DNA from: Anaeramoeba ignava BMAN
Lineage: Eukaryota; Protista; Anaeramoebae
NCBI GenBank assembly: GCA_028826165.1
Contig: JAPDFW010000057.1
Span: 124,001 to 188,000 of the forward strand
Direction: 5' to 3'
DNA length: 64,000 nt
Position numbers and translations under genes: made by a program. Shown one piece after another: positions 14,102-27,800 of this stretch; position 1 is the stretch's first letter, and each line of letters begins with the position of its first letter. A model generated the notes under the pieces. The model saw only the letters and a list, made by a program, of their open reading frames with translations, was not told the DNA's origin and did not search any database.

Positions 14102-17100
14102 TTAAAAATTTGAAGAAATTTCAGAAAGAATTTGACGAACAAAAAAATAAGGATTTTTGATAATTTGAGTTTCTTTTGTTTTTTGAGCTTTTGATAAATA
14201 ATCCGAAAATAATTTTGAATATTTTTCATGATTAAGTTGTTTAAGTTTATCTTGAATAAAAGAAGAAGCGAAATAAACAATTTTTGGATCTTTTTTTGTT
14301 AATAATCCTTTAAAGAAATCAAATCCGCCAACAAATTCAAAACTAGTTTGATCAAGTTTGCATTTTTCTGCAATTAAAACAAAACATGTAGTTCTTGCAT
14401 CTGAATATCTTTTTGAAGTGAGATTATTAAAGCAATGAAGAAAGATTCTTTTTAAATTTTTAAATAAATTTTAAAATAAATTTTATAATAAATTTTATAA
14501 TAAATTTTGAAATAAATTTTATAATAAATTTTGAAATAAATTTTATAATAAATTTTTAAATAAATTTTTAAATAAATTTTTAAATAAATTTTGAAATAAA
14601 TTTTGAAATAAATTTTTAAATAAATTTTATAATAAATTTTTAAATAAATTTTTAAATAAATTTTGAAATAAATTTTGAAATAAATTTTTAAATAAATTTT
14701 ATAATAAATTTTATAATAAATTTTGAAATAAATTTTGAAATAAATTTTATAATAAATTTTGAAATAAATTTTATAATAAATTTTGAAATAAATTTTATAA
14801 TAAATTTTGAAATAAATTTTATAATAAATTTTTAAATAAATTTTATAATAAATTTTTAAATAAATTTTATAATAAATTTTATAATAAATTTTATAATAAA
14901 TTTTATAAATAAATTTTGAAATAAATTTTATAATAAATTTTATAATAAATTTTGAAATAAATTTTATAAATAAATTTTTAAATAAATTTTATAATAAATT
15001 TTATAATAAATTTTTATAATAAATTTTATAATAAATTTTATAATAAATTTTTAAATAAATTTTTAAATAAATTTTGAAATAGATTTTATAATAAATTTTA
15101 TAATAAATTTTTATAATAAATTTTGAAATAAATTTTATAATAAATTTTATAATAAATTTTTAAATTTTTAAATAAATTTTATAATAAATTTTTGAAATAA
15201 ATTTTATAATAAATTTTAAAATAAATTTTATAATAAATTTTAAAATAGATTTTAAAATAAATTTTGAAATAAATTTTAAAATAAATTTTGAAATAATTTT
15301 TAAAATAAATTTATAAATAAATTTTATAATAAATTTTAAAATAATTTTTAAATAAATTTATAATAAATTTATAAATAAATTTTGAAATAAATTTTTAAAT
15401 AAATTTTAAAATAAATTTTATAATAAATTTTATAATAAATTTTTAAATAAATTTTTAAAATACCCAAGATTAACAACTTTTAATAAATCTGATGGAATAA
15501 CAATTTGTCCTTCAAGAAATTGTGAATAAATATTATCTGTTTTACTTTCTTCATTTGGTGATTGTGCTTTTTTCTCAATATTAATTGATATAAAAGACAT
15601 AACAATATCGAGCATAAAAATTAAATTCCTTTTATTTTGTTCTGTGTTTTGAATGACTTTTGTTAAATTATCATTCATAAATTTAATAATGGCTGTAATA
15701 ACAGGTGAATTCCCATGTTTTTTTACCTTTTTTTGTTTTAAATTTTATTTTAAATTTTGTTTTAAATTTTGTTTTAAATTTCATTTTAAATTTTGTTTTA
15801 AATTTTATTTTAAATTTTGTTTTAAATTTTGTTTTAAATTTCATTTTAAATTTTATTTTAAATTTTATTTTAAATTTTGATTTTAAATTTTGTTTTAAAT
15901 TTTATTTTAAATTTTATTTTAAATTTTGTTTTAAATTTTGTTTTAAATTTTATTTTAAATTTTGTTTTAAATTTTATTTTAAATTTTATTTTAAATTTTA
16001 TTTTAAATTTTGTTTTAAATTTTGTTTTAAATTTTGTTTTAAATTTTGTAATAAATTTTGTTTTAAATTTCATTTTAAATTTCATTTTAAATTTCATTTT
16101 AAATTTTGTTTTAAATTTTGTTTTAAATTTCATTTTAAATTTTATTTTAAATTTTATTTTAAATTTTGTTTTAAATTTTATTTTAAATTTTGTTTTAAAT
16201 TTTATAATAAATTTTATTTTAAATTTTATAATAAATTTTGTTTTAAATTTCATTTTAAATTTTATTTTAAATTTTATTTTAAATTTTGTTTTAAATTTTG
16301 TTTTAAATTTTGTTTTAAATTTTGTTTTAAATTTTGTTTTAAATATTGTTTTAAATTTTGTTTTAAATTTTGTTTTAAATATTGTTTTAAATTTTATTTT
16401 AAATTTTATTTTAAATTTTTTGATACCATTCGAGATTTATGAAAAAGAACTAATCTTTGAGTTATTGATAAAAATGCATATCTATTATGTGGTTCATTTG
16501 AAAAAGCTAATTTATTGAAAAATGAAACTGCTGCTTTTTTATTTTCAATTTTTGTTTTTCCTTTTGTTTTATACAATATCCTCATTATTTGAAATAATAA
16601 TGACTAAAAGAAAATTAAAAAATAAGTTATTCAATTTCAAGTTAAATTGAAATGAATTTGTTTTTTACTTCTCCATTTTTTTGGTCATTCTCATCTTCTG
16701 ATTCAAGTAAAGTTTTAATTGTATCTAAAGTGTGTTGAGCAATTACATTTGATTTTATGGTATCACTTAATTCTTTTTGGAATTCATGTTCCAACTTAAT
16801 AATAATTAATATAAATATAATAAATATAAATATAAATATAAATATAAATATAATAAATATAAATATATTAAAGCAAATCAAACCTTCCAATATTGACTAA
16901 TAATATCACTAAATTCATTTAAAATTTCACGGAAAAAATCTTTAGATAGCTTCTGTGAAACAGGCTGTAAATCTTGTGCTTGTTTGAGTTGTTGTTCAAA
17001 AACAAAATCAACAAAAGTATCCCAATAATGATCAGGGAAATATTTAAATAATTGAGGGAATAATTGAGGAGCACCAAAACGCTTGAGTAATTCAAAAATC

Positions 17101-19034
17101 AACTCAATTTGTTCATATTCTTCAGATGATAATTGTACTTTTTTCTTTGAAATTTTGGCAACAACAATATCATATAAAACTACAAATAAATTATCTCTAA
17201 CTTCTACAGAACTTGTTGCCATATAAAGCTCTGAAATAAAATTAAGACCGCCATAATTTTGCAAGCATCTAAAATCCAACTGATTGCCATTTGAGTATAA
17301 ACGATTAACCAAAATCCTGATAAGTTGTCTAAAAACAATATTGTCTCTACTTGAGTAATTAACAATCAATCCGCGAATAACCTTTGGATGCAACGAAATG
17401 GTCTTTTTTTTGTCTGCAAATCCATTCCAAAAAATGAAAAAAAGCAAGCAATTCAATGCTGATTTCCATACTTTTTGATCCTTTTCATTTTTTATAACAA
17501 GAATATAAAGCATTTCTTTTAATTTTTCAAACAGATTGTCTTGAACATTTAAAACTGGTTTCAAATTGTTTTTCTGTCTTTTAAGCTTTTCTTGGGTTGT
17601 ATTTTTGAAGGGAATAACAGCAGCATCAGCCATTAAATTTGCATGAATACATGTATTAAACAACAAACTAAAAGCATAGGAACGATCCTCAATTTTTTCA
17701 GAATTGAGAAGTTCAAGAAATGAAGATAAAGAACGAGAAATGGAAGCCTGATCTTTTTTCACATAAAAATCCAGAACAATTTTGATCCATATTTTCGAGG
17801 CCATATCTCTTGTTTGGAAATCCTCTGTCGACTGAATGATGCAATCAAAAACTTGTTGTGTTTCTTCCTTAGTTAATTCAATCGGCTCCTGCTCTGAATA
17901 ATTTTTATATTGAAACAAATGAATTTGCTTTTTGCGTTTTGCATTTCCTCCTTTTTCCTCAAGTTTTTTGTCTTCCTCTTTCTTTTGAATGCGCATGATT
18001 TCGCTGATTTTTTCTTGGAAAACATTCATTGGTTGAGATTGAATAGTTTTTGAGGTGTCAATTCCAATAATAACCTCTTGATTTCCTGCTCCATTTGCTT
18101 TTTTCACATTGAATTGACCTCCAAAATTTTTCTCATAAAGTAATGATCCAATATAAAGAGAGTTTGGAAAAAGATCTGGTGTTGTTTTTAAATAAAGATA
18201 GTTGTTTGTTAAAATGTTTTCAGGGTCTTCTGGTTCTGGTGTCTTTAATTGGTTTGTATTTTGTTGGCTTAAAGGATGATTTGATCTAGAGTTTGTTTTA
18301 ATTTTTTTTTCTTTTTCGTTTTCGTTTTCGTTTTCTTGAATCATGTTTTCTGAATATGCTTTTTGTAATTTTTCTGGTTTTTGTTTCTCGTGGTTTTCTC
18401 CAGATGATTGTGATTTAGTAAGTTTTTGAGGTTTGTGTGAAGGTCTTTCTACTCCAGATGTTGAGCGAGAAATTAGAGTTCTTATATATTTTAATGACTT
18501 TTAATTTTTAAATGAATTTTAATTTTAAAATGAATTTCAAAATGAATTTAAATTTCAAAATGAATTTCAAAATGAATTTATATTTCAAAATGAATTTATA
18601 TTTCAAAATTAATTTTACTTTCGTTAAATTTGGATTGTTCTTTGTGTCAATTTCTTGGCAAAAATCATCCAATTTAAACATAACTTCATTACTTGGTTTA
18701 TATTTGTTTAAATTCATCTTTATTAATTGAACTGATCTTAATAATGTTGTTGTATTTTTTGTTTTATCAGTTCGAACTCTTTCCATAATTTTTTCATAAA
18801 CTAAAATTAAAAAAAATAAACAAAAAATTATGAATAAGAAATAATTTAATAAATTTTAATTAAAAATAATTATATAATTTATTAATTTTTATATAATATA
18901 CCAATATCAACAAATTTCGAATCTGAAAAATAATTTTTTAAACTTGTAACAGATTCTGTTGTTATTGAACCTTCTGGAAGTGTATTTTCATAAACTAATT
19001 TCTTTATTTTAGTTGTTGTAACTGATAATGCCAT
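14102..19034 (-). CDS. Conserved helical-repeat protein resembling moss CLoG1 / Arabidopsis At3g12590 family, multi-exon
   Basis: Spliced product contains RSYAFSLLFNTCIHANL and a C-terminus DARTTCFVLI..FEFVGGFDFFKGLLTKKDPKIVYFAS..KAQK..IIKNPY. The family match is from memory, not a search. Confidence 0.6.
14452..15462. repeat. Intronic 12-bp minisatellite (AATAAATTTTAT)n
   Basis: Fills the last intron of the 14102-19034 gene. Confidence 0.95.
15733..16420. repeat. Intronic 12-bp minisatellite (TTTTAAATTTTG/A)n
   Basis: Fills an intron of the same gene, with a different motif. Confidence 0.95.
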
Positions 19035-19392
19035 TAAAAAATGAAAGAAAGAAAAGAAAAGAAAAAAAATGAAATTTAAAAAAAAAGAAGAAAATTTTAT
19101 TTTTTTTGATTTTTCTCCTTTTTAATTATAAATAAAGATTTAAATTTTTAATAAGAAAAATGAATTGAATTTAATCAAAATTTAATTTAAAATTTATTGA
19201 AAATAATTTAAAAAAGAAATAAACCAATTTTTTTTAATTCATCAAAAAAGAAAAATAAAAAGCAAAAAAAAATTAAAAAAAAACTTAAATTATTTTTTTT
19301 CATTTTTTCCTTCTATTTTTAACAAATTTTTCTTTAGAAAATCCAAAAACCAAAAAAAGCATAAAAAAAAAATAATTGGAATTAAATAAAAA

Positions 19393-21752
19393 ATGACTGA
19401 TTCAGAACAAACACAATGGGAAGATATTGAGTCAGAATTTGAGAACAAAAAAAGCAAAGAAGAAAAAGAGAGTGACATTCAAACGGATGATTTCCAAGAG
19501 AACAACATGATTACAGAAACAGAAGATACACTTGAAGTTGAAGATAAAGATACAGATAAGGATGACTCAATAATTTCTTCAAAAAACCAAATTTTAGTCA
19601 AACAAATTTTTTCTGAAGTTTCTGAAAATGATTCAGAATCTGAATTTTCTGATCGAGGAATTTCAACTAAAATTGATGATGTTTTACCTGGTCAGGAATT
19701 CGGTCCTACTCAACTTGGTTATATGGGTTTATCTCTTGGTGCTGCTGTTATTTCTTTTTCTAATTTTGGTGTTTCTGGATCTGCTGGTAATCAATTTAAT
19801 AATTTTAATAATAAATTTAATAATAATTTTAATAATAATTTTAATAATAATTTTAATAATAAATATAATAATAAATATAATAATAAATTTAATAATAAAT
19901 TTAATAATAATTTTAATAATAAATATAATAATAAATTTAATAATCAATTTAATAATCAATTTAATAATAATTTTAATAATAAATTTAATAATAAATTTAA
20001 TAATAATTTTAATAATAAATATAATAATAAATATAATAATAAATATAATAATAAATTTAATAATAATTTTAATAATAATTATAATAATAAATTTAATAAT
20101 AATTTTAATAATAATTTTTAATAATAAATATAATAATAATTTTAATAATAATTTTAATAATAAATTTAATAATAAATTTTATAATAAATTTAATAATAAA
20201 TTTAATAATAATTTTAATAATAAATTTAATAATAAATTTAATAATCAATTTAATAATAATTTTAATAATAATTTTAATAATAATTTTAATAATAATTTTA
20301 ATAATAATTTTAATAATAATTTTAATAATAATTTAATAATAATTTTTAATAATAAATATAATAATAAATTTAATAATAATTTTAATAATAAATATAATAA
20401 TAAATTTAATAATAAATTTAATAATAATTTTAATAATAAATTTAATAATAAATTTAATAATAATTTTAATAATAAATTTAATAATAAATTTAAAAATAAT
20501 AATTTTTAATAATAATTTTAATAATCATTTTAATAATAAATTTAATAATAATTTTAATAATAAATTTAATAATAATTTTAATAATAAATTTAATAATAAA
20601 TATAATAATAAATTTAATAATAAATTTAATAATAATTTTAATAATAAATTTTAATAATAAATATAATAATAAATATAATAATAAATATAATAATAATTTT
20701 AATAATAAATTTAATAATAAATATAATAATAATTTTAATAATAATTTTAATAATTTTTAATAAATTTAATAATAATTTTAATAATAATTTTAATAATAAT
20801 TTTAATAATAAATATAATAATAATTTTAATAATAAATATAATAATAATTTTAATAATAATTTTAATAATAAATTTAATAATAATTTTAATAATAATTTTA
20901 GTAATAATTTTAATAATAAATTTAATAATAAATATAATAATAAATATAATAATAAATTTAATAATAAATTTAATAATAAATATAATAATAAATATAATAA
21001 TAAATTTAATAATAAATTTAATAATAAATTTAATAATAAATTTAATAATAAATTTAATAATAAATTTAATAATAAATTTAATAATAAATTTAATAATAAA
21101 TTTAATAATAATTTTAATAATAAATTTTATAATATTTATAATAATATTTTTTTAGTTTTTGAAGCACAAGGTCTCTTATTTATTCCAAGCATTCTTCTTC
21201 TTATAGCTGCTCTTCTCAATTTAAAAAATAATGATACTCTTGAAGCTAGCATGTTTATTGTAAAAATTATTTAAAAAATTATTTAAAAATTATTTAAAAA
21301 ATTATTTAAAAAATTATTTAAAAAATTATTTAAAAAATTATTTTTATTAGTTATATTCACTTCTTTGGTCTGGATTAGCTTCATCTTGGTCTTCAAAATT
21401 ATGGGATAATTCATCACGATTAGTTGATGGAGAAATGAGAATAATGGGAGCATTTCTTGTTGGATTTCTTTTCTTTTCATTCTTTTTTATGTTGTTTTCA
21501 TTGCAAGTGAACAAAGTTGTTTTTTTCACAATTTTCAGTTTGGATTTGGCAATTTTCTTTTTAATTTTCAGATTGATTTATGGAAGTCCTGCGGTTCTTG
21601 CTGGTGTTCCATTTTTTATGGTTGCGATTTTAAGTTTCTATATTTCTATAAGTTATGTTTTGAATGGATTAATTGGAAAAGAAGTATTTGAAATGGGAGA
21701 TCCAATTTATAATTGGAGTAATTTTCATTTTAATTTTAAATTTGATAATTAA
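19393..21752 (+). CDS. GPR1/FUN34/YaaH (SatP/Ady2) acetate-channel family protein; exons 19393-19786, 21156-21258, 21351-21752
   Basis: Acidic N-tail, then GPTQLGYMGLSLG (NPAPLGL-like), NNDTLEASMFILYSLLW, six hydrophobic helices and AILSFYISISYVLNGLIGKEVFEMG. Confidence 0.75.
19790..21135. repeat. Intronic 12-bp minisatellite (AATAATAAATTT)n
   Basis: Fills intron 19787-21155. Confidence 0.95.
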
Positions 21753-22008
21753 GAAAAGAAAAAGAGAGAAAAAACTTTAGCTTTGTTTTTCTTTTCTTTC
21801 TTTTCCTTTTTCTTTCTTTTTTTCTTTCTTTTTCTTTTGGAGTTTTTCAGAAAATTCATAAAACAATTTTTTAATTTTAAATTCAAAATGAATTTTAATT
21901 TTAATTTTAATTTTTTATCCGATTTTGATTTTAATTTTAATTTTAATTTTAATTTTAAATTTAAATTTTGATTTCTTTATTTTTAAATTGTTTTATTGAA
22001 AGAAAAAT

Positions 22009-24289
22009 TTAGAAATATTCAATAAGTTCACGACTCAACATATCATTCAAAGAAGACACAACATTTGGAGCCAAAACACCAACATAGAGAGAATACAATT
22101 CATAACAGTAAATATGAGTTTTCTTTCTAAAGATTCGATAGATCAACTCTGAATAAAAATTACTAGTATTCCCTTTTAGTTCTTCAGTAGGTAATTTATC
22201 ACGAAGAGGAAGAACAAAACCTTCTTCATCTTCGAACCATATTCTATAAGAATAATAAAAATCATCAATGCGAAGAAGCATTGTTGCAAATCCTTGCATT
22301 AGATATGATTGTGCTTGAGAAAAAAGGTTCCAAACATGTGATTTAATATATTCAACCGACATTTGAGACACAGTCGGATTTTCTAAAAGTGCTCCAGTGT
22401 GAAGTGGAAGGATTTCGGGAGCCACAACATTGTTCTTTTTCCGATCCACAAAAATAAAGTGTACAATTCCTGGATATTTTCGAATATAAGAAGTCATTGT
22501 GATTTTTGGTGGTAAAAAACAATTGAAATAATATCGTAATTCGTATTGGATTTTTTTTGCAATTTCTTTCATTTTTGCTGTTTCTTCTTCCAGATCTTCT
22601 TTGTTGATTTCTTCATATTCATTAATTAAAACAAGTCTTACTGATTCGCTAATTTCTGCTGAATAAACATTATATGAGGTATAATCAGGTGTGCGAAAGT
22701 AAAGAGCCTCATATTTTTCTTGTGTTATTTCTGTGATACTAAATTTATTGAATTTTAATTTTAATTTTAATTTTGATTTGAATTTAATTTTGATTTTGAT
22801 TTTAATTTTAATTTTGATTTGAATTTAATTTTGATTTTGATTTTGATTTTATTTTTGATTTTATTTTTGATTTTAAATTTGATTTTGATTTTGATTTTGA
22901 TTTTAATTTTAATTTTAATTTTGATTTTAATTTTAATTTTAATTTTAAATTTGATTTTAATTTTGATTTTATTTTTGATTTTAATTTTAATTTTGATTTT
23001 GATTTTAATTTTAATTTTAATATTGATTTTAATTTTGATTTTAATTTTGATTTTGATTTTGATTTTAATTTTGATTTTAATTTTAATTTTGATTTTGATT
23101 TAGATTTATATTTTGATTTATATTTTAATTTTGATTTTATTTTTAATTTTGATTTTTATTTTAATTTTAATTTTGATTTTAATTTTAATTTTGATTTTGA
23201 TTTTAATTTTAATTTTAAATTTGATTTTGATTTTTAATTTTAAATTTACGTATCAGGCTCAAAGGTTAATGACATAATAGAACGGGCATCGCTGTTCTCA
23301 TCTTCAATTTGATTATTCTCTTCCTGAATTTGACTATTTTTCTCATCAATTGTTGTACTTTCCAAATGAGATAATTTATCACTATTTTCAATTGATCTTT
23401 GTCCATCATCCAAATCATTTGTATTGGATTTTTTTTCAGAATCGATAGTAACACTTGAATTGTGGTCAGGAGTTTTATTTGTTTCAGAAATGAAGTCTTG
23501 GTCTTGAGCAACTTGGGAAGGTTCTTGCAGAGTACTAAGACGATCCAAGTCCTGATCATTAGAATCCTGAGAATGCGACTGGTTTTCCTTAATATTATCT
23601 TGTAGTTTTTGGGAGTCTAATTGCGATTTTTCTTTGTCTTCATTGAAAACACTTTGGAGATAAATAACAAGAAGAAAAATATCATGAGATTCGATTTCGA
23701 TATTTTTGAATTTTTGGAGAGAGGTATGAAGAAGAAGTTTCGAGCCAACAAAAAGAAGAGCTTGCGTAGTATTCTTTGTTTTGGACAGAATATCATCAAT
23801 TGCAGGTTTTATGCGAAATTTGATGTCCGGAATATCGAGTTTTTCATTTGATTGAACAAGAAAAAATTGACTAGTTTTGCTCAGTTGCTTTACTGATTCC
23901 AATAAGATCTTAATCTTGTGATAAACATGGGCTGTGGAGACACCTGCTCTTTTGTTGATGGTCTTCAAAAAAATCGGACCAAATTTCAAAAGTAAAATTT
24001 CTTTTATTAAAACTAATTGTTTCCTTAAAAAAGCATCTGATTCGCTATTATCACTTATTACAACAAAGAAAAGTGAGTCGAATTGCTCGAAAATTAGTTT
24101 TGATTTTGTGCATTGTAACGTCATCAATTCTTCTTGAAAAAATTCGTTGTATATGTTTTTGGAAACTGTTAAAATCCCTAATGATATTGATGCTCGTTCG
24201 TATGAATCAGCTTTGAAATCTGATAATTCTAAATAAATTGGATTGTTGAGTCGGTTTGTTATTACAAAGAATTTATGTTTTTCTGACAT
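22009..24289 (-). CDS. HPS1: Hermansky-Pudlak syndrome 1 protein (BLOC-3 tri-longin subunit), 2 exons
   Basis: Longin N-terminus (FLRKQL..LKFGP), ALLFVGSKLL, YPGIVHFIFVDRKKNNVVAP and CYELYSLYVG. Intron of about 22739-23249 is GT-AG. Confidence 0.85.
22750..23245. repeat. Intronic (TTTTGA/TTTTAA)n hexamer array
   Basis: Fills the HPS1 intron. Confidence 0.9.
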
Positions 24290-24371
24290 TTTGTTAAAAA
24301 AAAAGAATGAAAAAAAAAATGAAAAAAAAAATTTAATTATTTGAACATTTTCAATTTTATTTTCATTTTAA

Positions 24372-24850
24372 AAATAAAAATTGAATTTAAAATTGAATTT
24401 AAAATTAAAAATGAATTTGATATTGAATTTAAAATTGAATTTGATATTGAATTTAAAATTGAATTTAAAATTAAAATTGAATTTAAAATTGAATTAAAAA
24501 TAAAAATTGAATTTAAAATTGATATTTAAAATTGAATTTGATATTGAATTTAAAATTGAATTTGAAATTGAATTTAAAATTGATATTGAATTTAAAAATG
24601 AATTTGATATTGAATTTAAAAATAAAAATTGAATTTAAAATTGATATTTAAAAATTAAAATTGAATTTAAAATTGAATTTAAAATTGAATTTAAAATTGA
24701 ATTTAAAATTGAATTTAAAATTGATATTTAAAATTGAATTTAAAAATGAATTTAAAATTGAATTTGAAATTAAAATTAAAATTGAATTTGATATTGAATT
24801 TAAAATTGAAATTGAATTTAAAATTGAATTTAAAATTGAAATTGAATTTT
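24372..24850. repeat. Intergenic 12-bp repeat (AAATTGAATTTA)n
   Basis: Lies between the stop of the PX-ankyrin gene and the HPS1 start. Confidence 0.9.
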
Positions 24851-27800
24851 AAATTTTCGTAAATATATCAAACTCAAATAATATATCAGCATCATTTTTG
24901 TAATAAAGATGAACTCCTTCAGAATAACAAAGAACAGATGGAATATCTAAATCATTATCAAGCCTAGTAATATCTCCTCTTTTACTAAAATAAACAATTT
25001 CAACTTGAATATTTGAATCTATTGAAAATTTCTTTTTCGCAATTAATTTTAAATCAGAACAATTTTTAATTCCTTGAGTTGCAAATTTTGATGAAAAAAG
25101 AACTTTGCAAGTATTTTGCTCATGAAAAGCAATTTTAATCAATGAGTTCTCGCTATTCGACTTTTTCCTTTTTAATAAATTTTCTTTTCTTTTTGATTTT
25201 TGAATGAATTTTTGAGTAGCTTCTTTTAATGTTTTTTTGATTTTATTTCCCGAAATATAATTTAATGGTGTTTTTGCATCTTTATCCTGAATATTTAAAT
25301 CAGCACCATTTTCACAAAGATATTGAGCTAAATCAAATTCTTTTTGCTTTATTGCTTGATGAAGAGGTGTTGATCCAAAACCATCTTGAATATTAACATC
25401 TGCTCCTTTTTCAATAAGAAAATGTATTAATTTTATGTTTGAATTTTTGATTGCTGCATGTAAACATGTCACCATTTCTTCCCCATTTCTCCAGTTTATA
25501 TTTGTTTCCCGATCTAAAAATTGCGATATTACTCGGATTGAATTTGTTCCAGAAAAAGATGGAATTGAACAAACTATATATATTGGGAATTGCCTTTTTG
25601 AATCAGCAATTCTTGGATCAGCTCCATTTTCAAGGAGGAAGTTAATTAATTGGAAATCACCTTATTATTTTAAATTGAATTCAAAATTAATTTTAATTAT
25701 AATTTTAAATTGAATTTTAAATTGAATTTTAATTATAATTTTAAATTGAATTTTAGTTATAATTTCAAAATTAATTTTAAAATGAATTTTAATTATAATT
25801 TCAAAATGAATTTTAATTATAATTTCAAAATGAATTTTAATTTAGAATTTTAAATTGAATTTTAATTATAATTTTAAATTGAATTTTAATTATAATTTCA
25901 AATTGAATTTTAATTATAATTTTAAATTGAATTTTAAATTGAATTTTAAATTGAATTTTAATTTAGAATTTTAAAATGAATTTTAGTTATAATTTTAAAT
26001 TGAATTTTAATTATAATTTCAAAATGAATTTTAATTATTATTTTAAATTGAATTTAAAATGAATTTTAATTATAATTTCAAATTGAATTTTAATTTATAA
26101 TTTCAAAATGAATTTTAATTATAATTTTAAATTGAATTTTAATTATAATTTTAAATTGAATTTTAATTATAATTTCAAATTGAATTTTAATTTAGAATTT
26201 TAAAATGAATTTTAATTTAGAATTTTAAATTGAATTTTAATTATAATTTTAAATTGAATTTTAATTATAATTTCAAATTGAATTTTAATTATAATTTTAA
26301 ATTGAATTTTAAATTGAATTTTAAATTGAATTTTAATTTAGAATTTTAAAATGAATTTTAATTTGAACCTCTATTGGAAGCAATATGAAGAGCAGTTTCT
26401 TCTCTACTATTAACAGAATTAATATTTCCACCATGCTCAAGTACAAATTTAGTTAAATTTAAATTTCCCATTGAAACTGCAGTATGAATTGGATAATCAC
26501 CATAATTAGAGGAAACATTAACATTAATAATATTTTTAGGCTCAGCATGTGTACTCAAATACAATAACATGCTTTCATTTTTTAATAAAATAGCTAAATG
26601 AAAAACATTCAAAAAATTGTTATCAAATAAATCTAATCTTGATTTATTTTGTAAAAGAAAAGAAACTGATTGAAGATTGCAAGTTTCAACCGCATAGAAT
26701 AATGGTGTTCTATTGGTAAAATCTAAAGAATTAACATCAACTTTTTGTGTATTCATGATCAATTTGAGCATTTCTTGATTTGTTGTAATTGTTGCTAAAT
26801 GTAATCTTTTTTTTTTCAATTAAATTTTAATTTTTAATTTTTAAATTTGAATTTTTTAATTTGAATTTTTTAATTTGAATACGCATTTAATCCTGCTTCA
26901 TTTTGTGCATTCAAATTTGCTCCAATATTTATTAAAAACTCTGCAATATCAAAATATTCCTTTTTAATTGCTAAATATAAAGGAGTCATTTTTTGAGAAT
27001 CCTGAAGCTCAATATTGATTTTATGATCTACCAAAATTTTAGCAGTAACCAAATCATGATTATCAACAGCATAATGAAGAGCACTAAATTTAATAGTATT
27101 TTCTTGAGCATCCAAATTGCAATTTTTTTCAATCAAAAAATTCAATAATTCTTTATGCCGAAATTTAACAGCAGTTAAAACTGCAGTCATTCCCCCATAT
27201 TTAATATTTGAATAATTTAAATCAACTGTTTTAATTTCAGAAAAAATTTTCAATGTTTCAAATTGTCCCAATTCAACCGCAAGAATAAGCGGAATAACTT
27301 CTTCTTTATTTGGTGTTTTATACAAGTCCGGATTAAGTTTCATTACTTGTTGAATTATTTGAGTGTTATTCATGTTTCGAATTAAAGCATGAAGAACATT
27401 ATCTGCATTGGATGTTTTTCGAGTCAAACAAAGAGGCTCTTCTTCCAAAATTAATTGGAAAAGTTCAACATCCTGCATAGATATTGAATGAAAAATATTA
27501 TTTAATTCGCAAAATTCAATGATTTCTGTTGAATGTGAAATTTCTGGATTAACTAATAATTCCCGGAATATTGCATCGATAAATGATAATATTTGCCCAT
27601 ATTGCTTTTTAGATTTTTCATTCATTTCTGTTGTTTGATTTCCTTTACTATTTTGAATTTCAATAAATCGAATTAATTGTTTGGGAAATTTTGGAAAAAT
27701 ATTATTATCAAATTTCGCTTTTAATTTTTCAAATAGTTTAATGAAGTCCATTAAAGATTTAGTAACACCCCACATTGAACTAAAGCAACGAACATCAAAA

